From Lingula anatina (taxonomy: Eukaryota > Animalia > Brachiopoda), in assembly GCA_051362555.1 (NCBI GenBank), contig CM120647.1, forward strand, positions 10,764,651 to 10,828,650: 64,000 nt of DNA, in the 5' to 3' direction. Numbering within the stretch: the first letter of the stretch is position 1; each line of letters begins with the position of its first letter. Positions 49,836 to 61,800 of this stretch are shown here, piece by piece. The notes below the pieces were generated by a model. The model was not told where the DNA came from. It was given only the letters and a program-made list of their open reading frames with translations, and ran no database searches. The position numbers and the translations under genes were made by a program.

Positions 49836-52800
49836 CACAATTTTGGTGATGTTCGTATTTTTCACTTTTCTTTAAATTTACTGAGTGGCTTTACTTGTTA
49901 AAGAGGCAGAATGCCATAAAAAATCAGTATGATTGGTTTACATTTATGGTAATTATTCTCTTTATTTATTTATTTATTTATTTATTTTTGTCAATTTACA
50001 GAATACATAGTCTGGAAGAGAAAAAGGTAGATATATTAAAAAATATACTTTCTGAACCAGTGGGGGATTTGCAAATTCCACCTACCATTATTCTTGGTGC
50101 ATTTGGAACTGGCAAAACATATATTCTGAAAGAAGCAGTGGCACTGCTGATGAAAGATACTTCAAAAAGAGTCCTGATATGCTGCAAGTTCGATAGGTAT
50201 TTACTTTTGTCTTGTAATATTTATGAGTACTTTTCTCATTACAGTAGAAGACGGGCAAAATTTCAGGTGCAAAACTATCTGCAGTTTTGCTTTGACTTTT
50301 GTTGTAGATTTGCCTAATTCAACCATTTTTCTTTTTATACATGTTACAGTATAAAGATGAATAGTGGAAAACAAAATTGTCAGTAATTTACTTTGTTTAG
50401 CCATTGATACTGGTATATTACAAAAATAAATCCCTAGGAAAATCCTGAACTAAAGTTAATGAGACAGTCAAAGTACCAAATATCTAAATTATATTCATGA
50501 ATTAATAATAGTGATATATAGTTTTAAAGAATACTAGTTTCAGGCTTATATTTTTCTTACTATGATTTTGCCTTTTTTTCTCCAGTGCTGCAGATCTGTA
50601 TGTGTCTTTTATTGAACACAAACTGATGGAACACTCCAAACAAGCAAGCAAACGTGACCATCCTTTGAGAATATATGGAATAGAGAAAGAGAAGGATTAC
50701 AAGGATGTCAAGTACTCAGTTTGTACCAGGCCATCGCAAAAACAGCTTGATAGACATAGGATTATAATAACAACACTGTCTGCATCCATGCTGTTAAAGT
50801 TTGGACCTTCAAAGGCACCGGTTTTTACCCACATTTTCATCGATGAAGCAGGACAAGCGTTAGAGCCTGAATTGGTTATGCCTCTTTCACTTGCTGATCC
50901 CAAAACTCTTGTTGTATTAGCTGGAGACAATAGACAACTACTTCCAAAAATATACAGCAGAGTCGCAAAGGACCAGCATTTTGAAATGTCCCTGCTACAA
51001 CGTCTCTTTCACCTCAACCTAAAGCAAATGAAAGAAAAAGCTCCAGAAGCAGCAGCAACTGCAAAGAGTGCCAACCAACATGTGTTTCATCTCACAATTA
51101 ACTATCGAAGTACACCGGAAATTTCTCAATTTCTGGGGCAGACATTTTATCAAGGTCATCTTCATTGTGCTGCAGAAATTGGATCAGAAAAAGGTGTTCC
51201 TCCTCTCTCATTTTGGGTGACAAGAGGTGAGGAGAAAAGGTCTGGAGCGTCCTACTACAACATACCTGAGGCCAAAGAAGTGATGATGCGAGTTCAGTAC
51301 CTTATTGGGAATGGTAAAATTAAACCATCCAACATGGCTGTTGTAACTCCCTATGAAGGGCAGGTAATACTGTAACATGTGTATGATTTTGTTTCCTTAG
51401 TTGTATAATCAGCGTTGTTTAATACAGGTTAACAATGTTTTGTCAGTCCAGAAGCTACATATATATTTTAGAATATATCACAATTGTTTGTTGGTCCAAC
51501 TCGCAATAACTGTTTGTTGATCCTAGTAATTACTGACTGGCAATTACAGTTTAGTTTTGGGGACTGATATTGTTAGTAAGTAATACAGTGGAAATGCCTC
51601 AGGTTGATTGGTCCAATATTAGATTCTTCTAAAACGCATGCTGTTTCAGCATTAGATTTTGCTTAAAAAAGAAAGAAAGAAACATGTTTTGTCCCATTTT
51701 TATTTTCAGATGCTAGTTATTTCAGAAATGCTGGAAGAGAAAAGACTAGGTGCTGTCAAGACAGAAATCGTTGAAAACATTCAGGGTATTTATCAAATAA
51801 TAAGGCTATACAGTAGTGAACGACCTAATTCAAACAAATGTGATATACATGTATACAGCAATGCCTCAATTTTTTCCAATGGGTGAACATTACCAATTTT
51901 TCAACATTACCAATTTTTCAGGTATATAATTTTAAAATCACAAAATTAATAAAAAAGAACTATATAGTAACTTGCTTTTTAATTTGTTGCTTCCCCTCAT
52001 TAGAAATGTTCTAATTTTAAGACATTACGTATGACTAAAAAAATGCAATATCTGTAACATTTACACTTCCCCTCATTGAAAAGATCTGAGTCTGAGTAAC
52101 TACCATAGTTCTGAGAACAGTGCTTTAGTCACAGAACTGCATAAGGTGATTTGTAAGCTTCTAAAGTAGTTTCATTTTCTGTCAAAAGTGTTTTTTGTGG
52201 GTACTATTTGAATATATGACATCCTGATAGAATTCAATATTAGTAAGGCATTTGAAATTAATCAGCAGTATTTTACCTTAGAAACATTTTGCTACTAGGT
52301 TATGAACAAAATTTTTTTTCTCTGTTTCAAGAGTTGATCTCATGGTATAAGTCTTGTGTAAATAATCTGCAGGCAAACTGTCAAAGGGTGATTATTCTAG
52401 ATCTTATTTTGAAAAGATTAACATAAGATATGAAATATTATTTCTACTAGCTGTAAGATTACTTTGACTTGACATCCAGCATGTTGGGTCTCACCATGGA
52501 ACATTTTGTATTACAGGTCTTGAGTTTGATGCAATAATTCTGAGTACAGTACGAACTTGTAGTGGTGAAACTTCTAGTGGTGCTTTGGGATTTTTGGAGA
52601 ACAGTCGTCTTCTCAATACTGCCATGGGAAGAGCAAGGAGGCACATTTTGGTGGTTGGGGATCCTTTTACTCTTTGTAGCATTGGATCATGTCGTACTAT
52701 ATGGAAACACTACATTGATGAATGTAGGGAAAAAAGTTCGTTGTACCCAGATATTGGGTGTGAGATTGTTGAAGAGATTCTTGGTAAAGATTACCAACGT

Positions 52801-55800
52801 CTGGGAGGCACAGAAAATGGAAAGGAAACTACAGAACATCATGAAACAGCCAAAAGTATCTGCACAGATACGACTGCTAGAGATTCCGGTTACAGTTCAA
52901 TGACTGGTTCTGGTGATTCAGAATTTACCTCTGAAATAGACTCAGACAAAGATGACGAATTAAGTGATGAAGATATCTTCAAAAATTTAGAAAAGCAATG
53001 GAAAGATGACGAACAATTTGTTTCCAGTAAAGAAATATCTAAAATCCAAGATGAAATCCATTTTGAGAGAGATGGAAATCTTGAAGATGAACACAGCACC
53101 AATACCCTCCATGATATGAAATTGGATACATGGTTGTATCAGACACATAGATATGCCAGGGGTGCAGATGATGAAGAAATGAATGAGGGTGAGGCAGAAG
53201 ATGAGGATGATGACAGGGATCTCAATGAACATTTCTATGATTTCTTTGTCAAAGACATAGACCAAAAAGAAACCTATTATGAACATCATTCAAAGATTGA
53301 ATTGATGGATATGTTGAAAAGGGAGCCGAGCAAGTTTAAGATCTGTACTCTTTACATACAGAGTGCACAGAAAGGGTTTGCAGCGCCCGTTGAGAGAAAT
53401 GAACCAGTTCCCAGGATAAATCTCTATGGTAGAAGCAACTGTGGGATGGCTTTTGATAAAACTGAGGTTGTTGTAAGGCTCAATAATCCCCCAACATCTG
53501 ACAAAATCAACTTGGACACCGATTTCCATGGAAAAGTAATAGGGACATGGAGTCAGGTAAAAGTCAGAAAGTTTACAAAGTTTGTATGTACAGTTGATGA
53601 ATTCAGAATAGATCTTATGAAACCTTTAAACAAGACAGTACCTAAAATACATGTGATGAACCCTACAGGGACTGACAACAGAATTGCAGTTTATTCATCA
53701 GACAAAGATGGGAGACTAAATGTCAAGAGATGGGAACCAGTAGACCTCCGACTGAGAGACAGCAAGGTTTTTGTGGTCAGGTGTTTGAAGTGGTCCCCTG
53801 TCTTCCAGTATCCACTTGGATATGTCGTAAAAGTTTTACCTGCTGGCACTGACTTCACAAATGCCCAGGAGATATTGAAAATCCAATACCAGTTGTCTCA
53901 GAAATTCCCAGTAGATGTTGAAAAAAAGAAGCGAGCCCTCATGAGAGGTCTCTCAAAGAGATCTCAAAAAGTTCCAGAAGATGAAGAACCCAAAACATCC
54001 CATCTTCCAGATGACTTTTTTACAAATAGAGAGGATTGTAGGCAGCTCCACTGTTTTACAATTGACCCAAAGGACTCCGAGGACTTAGACGATGCACTAT
54101 CAGTGGACTTTTGTGAAGATGATACTGTGAGAGTTGGAGTTCACATAGCTGATGTGTCGGCATTTGTTGAACCAGGGGATCCCATAGATCAAGAGGCAGC
54201 TTTACGATCTAGAACCTTTTATCCTGCAGAAATGCCAGATACAGACGAAAGAAGCCACCCTGAGAAACCATACCATATGCTACCTACTGAACTTAGCACC
54301 AACTTCTGTAGTCTCTTAGAGGGGAAGGACAGAGTTGCAATATCAGTATTTTTCAAATTTGATAAAAATGGGAATATCACCATTGGAAACAATGGTGATG
54401 ACCTACCTGGTACACCAGAAATTAAAAGGACAGTCATTCGATCAAAAAGGCAGTTGTCATACAAAGATTCAGAGGACATTCTCAGGGACTCTGAAAAAGA
54501 GATGGGCAGTTATCTGACAGACAGTTTAATCTTTCTGCACAAAGCAGCAGAACATTTACGCCACAATCGTCTCAAAGAAGCTGCAAAATTTGTGCATGCT
54601 GATGGCAAGGAGTCACCTATGTCAGAGCGAATCATTGGAGAATTCATGATTTTGACAAATGCAACAATAGCAAAAATTCTGACTAAAACATTTAGATATG
54701 TACCTTTACGAGTGCACTTTCCACCAGATAAAGAAACTCTAGCTGATTGGCAAAACCAGTATGGTGCCATAGCAGAACTAACATCTTATCTGAGTCATTA
54801 TGTGAAGGAACCGCAAACTTCGCCAGAGTTCATTACAGTCAGACAACAAACTTGGCAGAAGATGATCAGTCTTGCGGAGAGCACAGAAGGGCTGTCAGAT
54901 CTGAAGAATTGTCTTGCATCTGAGGAGGACTACCCAATGCAGTTCTGTGCCATGGCAGCTTGGTTTGATGTGCAACGACCAGCACGCTATGTCATCTCAG
55001 ACCCAAATGATTCTGATGCAGACTATTCTCACTTTGCTTTGAATGTTCCCATTTACACCCAGGTCTCCTCACCGATTCGTAGATATATGGACCTCATTGT
55101 CCAACGTCTGCTCTGTGACATGTTGGATGGAAAAACAAAACCAACTGAGCCTTCGTACAACAATTTAGAAAGTATGCAGCAGATTTGTTTGTTGTACAAT
55201 GAGAATTCACTCAGGGAAAAAATGTTCAGCAAAGACTGTAAAATTTTGAAAACAAGTCTGGAATTGCAAAAGAATGGCCAGGCATTGTACTCACCAGTTG
55301 TCACACAAATTGAAGAGTCTTCTTTAACATTAAATAATCCAGCCATGTCTTACCTTCCAAGAAAATATTCCAGTGTAAGATATGGAACCCTGGGTTTAAT
55401 GGATGCCCCAGTTCATGGACAACACAATGATATATGCTTCAAATGGTCCAAGAGACTTTACAACAAAGAATATGAGACGGCCAAATCAACATTTTTGCCT
55501 TCCAAAATGGAGAGGGATTTCAAACTGTATCCATTTCAAAGTGAAGTTTTAGTTCCAGTTGACTGTTGGATTAATTTGCAAAATCCTTCATTTTGGTTTT
55601 CAGGCAAATTGAAAGGTATGTTACGTTACATACAAAAGTTTAATTATAGAAAACAAGCAGCATATCATAGTTATGTGTCTGGAGACATGTTTGTACACGA
55701 GCAGACAAGCAAGAAGGGCAGTCATGGCAAATCTCTTGTCCTCCCAGAATGCAAATTAGCATTACACTTAACAACAGGAAATGTGTTGGAAACCCTGATG

Positions 55801-58800
55801 TCTTCATGTGTTGAGATGGGGAAACTGAGACCTTTTGTGAGTTTACTTGGCATTACTCCGCACTTCAAAATCTGCTTGTCACATAGGGAGGACCCAGTCA
55901 AAATGTTTTCAGATTCTCTGGCTGCACATCCATTGATGGACAAATATGCAGGAATTGAACATTACCAGAATGTGATTCTTCCAGTCCTGGCAATAGAGTC
56001 TGCAGCCTGTGCTGTGGCCAATGATGAAGCTGTTACTATCCAAAATGTAAGCATTGTGTGGGAGGCAAAGGAGACTGAAAACAAAACTGTATACTATGGA
56101 ACATTTACCCTTGGGGATTTATTTTGTGAAGAGCGTAATATTGAGTTCTTCCATGAGGAACGTGATTTCAACTTGGAAGAAGATAACGAAATGATTGTGG
56201 ACTGTGGACAGTATGGTGATTACATCTGTGTAATCTACACCAGGATGAACAAATCTGAGGAGACAAAACACTCTTCTTTCCCATGTACCAGTATTGCCAA
56301 ATGCGACCCTATTTGGTGTGGCCATGGTCTATTGATCACAGTAGGAAAGAACAAGAGGGTGTTGTTCAGATTACTTGGTGAGAATATTCCAGGTGCCATT
56401 CTTGAGCAAAGTGATAGTGAAGATGGAGATTTCAAGTGCTGCGTGGAAATAATCCAGAAGACCCTTCCTAACAGGTACATGAAATCATCCATCCATTCTC
56501 CACTATGGCTAGATATGTGTATTCTTTCTTCATTATGACAATTGCTGAATATTTGTTTCAGAATTTGTCAGAAACCATTAAGCCATCCACCTTGCCTAGA
56601 TATTATTGAATCCACTTCTTTTAATTTCTTTTATAAATATCTGTATTTGTTCCATCTTTTATGTTTAGTTTAATTTTATTGTTGTTTTATGTTTTAAGAC
56701 GCATGGAAGGAGCTGTGCATGAATTGGCCAAAGCCACGGATCTTGCCCAGAGCATAGCCATTGGAAACCTATTACCTGAAGATTCTAAACCGGAAGCTTG
56801 TAAGCCTCATTCATGAATACATACACCAACATTAATTTATACAGCAAAAATACTTCAGAATAATCTTGGAAATTTATACACATTTCCTTTCATAATACTA
56901 ATGAAATATGTGCAATTTGGGGACTACCTTTTCAGGATACTGTAAGGGTTTGCCAAAAATTTGGAATCCTTATCTGCTGCCTTGCATAAATTCTTACAGA
57001 TAACAGATAAATCTTCAGTGTTCAGTAACTAAATTAATAAGCATTTACACACGTCATCTTACAGTTGGCATCATAATTGCAATTTTGGGGTAAAATTGGA
57101 AGAATTGGTTTCTCAAATATCTGAGCACTTAAGAATACTGTTTGAATGCCAATTAAATGATACCATTTTGTACTCCAAAACTTTTCTTAAAACCCTCAGT
57201 TCAGATTTTACCATTGATAAAACAAAATAATGCCCTGGCTTAATGAAAATCTGTAATCAGGGGCTCATAACTCCATAACAAAAGCATTTAAACCAGAATG
57301 ATGGCATGGTATTGAAGCCCATGCACTTGCTGTCAACTCTGCCAATGTTACCGATAAAATCTTTTTTTAAGGATGAAGTTAAGCCCCATGCCAATTGCTT
57401 CAAAAAAGGAAAGTGCAAAATCGATTATCAAAGCTTTGAGTTTCCTATGCTTATAAATTGCATAGAGAAAGATAAACATTGATATTATATGCTTGAGGGA
57501 GGATATTTATTGCTTTAAATCGGCACAAAGTTAGAAGCATTATCAAATAATTAGATGCAGGAAAAACCTCATTTTTGGTATCTGGATGGTAATAAACCCT
57601 TTCATTGCCCTTAAGAGAATTAATTAAATTTGAGACTTATGTGATGTATTATGTTTTTTATTTCAATTTCACTTTTTCAGTGACTGAGCAAAGCATGGAG
57701 GAGTTCATAGACAGAGAAAATAATTTTTTGAGAAGATATACATATTTACCTGGCTTCAATGAAAACCAGAGAAAAGCTGTATGCCAAGCTCTCTCAAGGC
57801 CTTTTACACTTATTCAGGGCCCTCCAGGTGTGTTCTCTTTGCGAAATTATCTATAGTAATTACAGTCACTGTGGTGCTTTCTTTAAAGCTACAACTGACA
57901 TCAGTGTTATTTGAACTTAATTATTTCTAGTTTTCATGAAACAAGGGCCTTCAACTCTTGGGGGATTAATGATAAGGTTTGCTTTTCTGGGTGTTGGATT
58001 CTGGTGTGAAATCATCGTGCATGTGACAAAATGGTAGATGCTGACCGAAATGTCATGATTAACTTAATTATTATTTAGTCTCTAAGAAAAGAATAATTCT
58101 GTTTTATATTATTTAGCAAAAATCAGAGCCTTTACATGTGGCATGCGGGATGCATATATGTAGTCGAGTTCAAGTAATGTCTGTTCTTAGGTGGTTATAG
58201 TAGAAACAGTGCATTTATAACAGAGCTGAAGATATTCTATACGTTAATTTAGAAAAATTTAAATGGATGGGTAGATTAAAGATAGAATAAAAGTTCTGTG
58301 AATAACAATTTACTTAAGAAATATGGCTAGCTTTTAACAGAATGGGGATAAATATGAATATAATAATAAGCTTAACTTATCTTGGATGCAGGTACAGGGA
58401 AATCGTTGACAGGGATACGGATTGTATATCTTTTTGTGAAGTGGAATGAGGCAACAAGAAGTGGGTCGGACCTAAAGCAAGTACTCTATTGTGGACCATC
58501 AAATAAATCTGTGGATGTGGTAACAGGTGCATTTATAAAAAGACACATTCTTTCCAGATAAAGAAGTGGATCTTTGTACAACTTTTTGACACTACAGGTA
58601 TTGTCTCTGATGAAATGTTTCTTTATGCAAAGTTTTTAGGGAAAATTCAATTGATAACTTTGATATTTTAGTCTGTTTGATTTTAAGAGATATACCAAAA
58701 TTGTTTGTGGCACTTTAGGTTTGCTGAAGAAGAGGTTCAACCCAAGGCTGCACAATAAAGATGATCAACGACCGTCAGTTTGCCCAAAGATTGTCAGAGT

Positions 58801-61800
58801 ATATGGAGAAAATGTTGTTCAACGAGAATTTCCTGTCCCTCTGGAACAAACAAACAAAAGCGAAAGATCTACAGATTCCATGCAGCATTCGGAACATAGT
58901 GATGTTGCTCTTCACCACATAATAAGGCACCATACCAACCCATATGCAAAACAAATAAAAAAATATGATGCTGAATTTGGTAAATATTTCAAAAATCCAA
59001 AGAATTTTGATGCAAAAAGACTTGAAAATGATATAAGGAGATATAGAGATTTGGTGAGCAAAGCAGAGGAGCATGAACTTCGCCACCATGATGTGGTGCT
59101 TTGCACATGCTCAGTGAGCTCAAGCTCAAGAGTGGTCACAGTAACCAACTTTGAACAGTGTATAGTGGACGAGTGTGGAATGTGCATAGAAGCTGATAGC
59201 CTCATCCCAATAGTTTCTTCAAGAGCGAGACAGGTAATAAATAATGATCAAATAATAGTAAAGAAAATTCTAATGTAATGTTTCCCATTGAAATCTTGTT
59301 GCTTTCCACCTTAAAAAATGATTGAACAGTGTAAGAATATTATTTTAGAAAGGCAGAATTTGAAAAATAACATGTAAAATTAAAGATGGAATTATCAAAA
59401 ATGTAAAAAGAATATGTCTTTAATTTCAATTTTGTTAAATCCCTTAAAATTTGGCTATTCATCCCAAAGGTGGTGCTTATTGGAGATCACAAGCAACTGC
59501 GACCAATTGTCTTGAGCCAAGCAGCAAGAGATCTTAGGCTTGAGACTTCTTTGTTTGAGCGTTATGCAAATGAGGGCAGGGCCATCATGCTGGACATCCA
59601 GTATCGTATGGTAAGGGCTATTAAAAATATTTCTAAACCATAGAAATTTTTTCATTATTTTGATATGTTTGCTCTACTTTCAGGGATGTTCCTTGGTCAA
59701 AATCTGTTTGGGCCATTTTGGCCCACTTTGTCAAAAAAGTGGTCCATTTTTATTAAAAAATGCCTGCCATGAATTACATAGTGACTATTTATTTTATTTC
59801 AGTATTTTATATGATTAAAAACACTGAAAAAAGCTTGATGTTACCACTCTGAAGTTCTTAATGATTGTAATACGTGGAAAATCTTCAAAAATTAACAATT
59901 GTACTGTCCAAATAATTGTACTGAATGGAAAAATCTTTCAAAATCAATACTTGTGCTGTGCCAAATAATTGCACTGCATGGAAAAGGTTTGCAATGCCCA
60001 TATTTATTGTGTTAAAAAAGCCCTTGCTTTGAAAAGATTTTTTTTTCAAAATATTTGCATTCTTTTTAACCTGAAAATAATTAAGCACTAATCTAAACTG
60101 AGAGAAGCCCATCTTACATATATCTGTATTTACATAAAATCTATCAAGCAACTTTATAACATCACTAAAATGAGTTGGCTTATCTGTTAATGAATTTATA
60201 TTTATTTTTTTATTTATTTATTTATTTATTTATTTGTTTATTTTTTGCAGTAGAAGAATGTTAAAAAATGTATTTAAGCTGCAGATTTGAGTTATTTCAT
60301 ATATGTATTTTTTCAGCATAGAGACATAGTTGAGTTTCCTTCTCAAGAGTTTTATTCTGGAAAGTTAAAGACTGGACATAGTCAGGAAATGTATGAAGAT
60401 GAAGAAAAGAGTCTTGGCAGATATGTCTGGCAAGGAAGCAAAAGGTACAGGTTTTGCCATGTGGAGGGGAAGGAAGAGACTTTAGTTGTTGAAACCCCAG
60501 ATGGCGGAGAACAGTCGAAAAGAAATGAGGAAGAACTTGAGCATGTGGTAAATTTTATTTCAGACTTCATTAGGCTTGTAGAAAAAAATGTTCACCAAAA
60601 ATACACTGTCGATGAAAAAAATTCCTTGAACTAGCTTTTCACTTAGTTTAAAACAAAAGATAAATTAATATGTTTGTCAGTCAAATTGTAATAGAAAGCT
60701 AAGGCTTAAAGACAGACATGCCTATTATTGATACAGTAACTAAATAAGATGTTCAGTCTTTTGAAATTTGTGCAAGCACTTTTTGAATACTTGCATAACT
60801 TTTTGTATTTCAGTCATTTTCTTGTTTTTAAACAAAATTCAAATGGTATAGTAATTTGTTTTTATATGGCTTGCTCTATTTCTAAGGTCAGATTATACAG
60901 AACATTTGTGAAAGGGTTCAATATATCAAAGAAGAGGGTGATAGTATTGTCCCAGTACAGAGCTCAGGTGTCTCGTGTGCAGGAAGTTCTTAGTGACGAG
61001 TTTGGCCGTGGAGTGAATGTCAGCACAGTGGTTCAAAGTCAGGGTATGTATTGTGATGATGACATTGATGAGTTACATATGATGTCTTTGATAACTGAAG
61101 GTATAACTTTAAGCTCACCATGAGGAACAGTAATGACTCCATCTTTTCAATGGGCAATTGCAATTTTGTTGCAACGACTCAATAGGAATGCTCTAATTTT
61201 AAGAAATTTTGACAAAACAGGGGCGGATTCAGAGATATTTTCTGATAGTCTTCCAAATGATCTTTGTTGCTTAATTCTTCATTTTTGACCATATTCCGAC
61301 AGAAAAAATTAGATACTTGTCAATGTAAACTTGAAAATCTGACCGTTTTCTGGAAAGCCCAGAAGATGACCTAAAAACGCCCCTGTAAAAAATACAGCAT
61401 CTGTAAAATTCACAATTTTCCTCTATTGAAAAGATCAAGTCATTACCATACATGTGATGTATATGACAACAGTAAGGGAGTATTCTGATTCAGACATTGT
61501 ACCAGCAGGATCAATTCAACTTTGTGGGGATTCTGGCTGAAGTGCAGACAGTGTAATCAGCTCAATTGTCTGGCATGCTCTCTCAAGCAGTGAGTTACAT
61601 ACAATGTCTATGATAACAGTATGGTATTGCTTTAAGCTCACCATGAGTTAGGTATTATATGTGTGATAACAGTAAGGTATAGCTGGAAGCTCACCATTAG
61701 TTATGTACAATGTATGTGATAAGTGTAAGGTATAGCAATGAACTCGCCATGAATTGCATATAATGTATATAACTGGGTTCCCATACCTAGATCAATCTAA

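Noticed and set aside
52585-56538. Stand-alone bacterial-type RNase R gene or contamination
   Set aside because: Bounded by splice sites in phase with flanking helicase exons; it is exon 24 of the host gene
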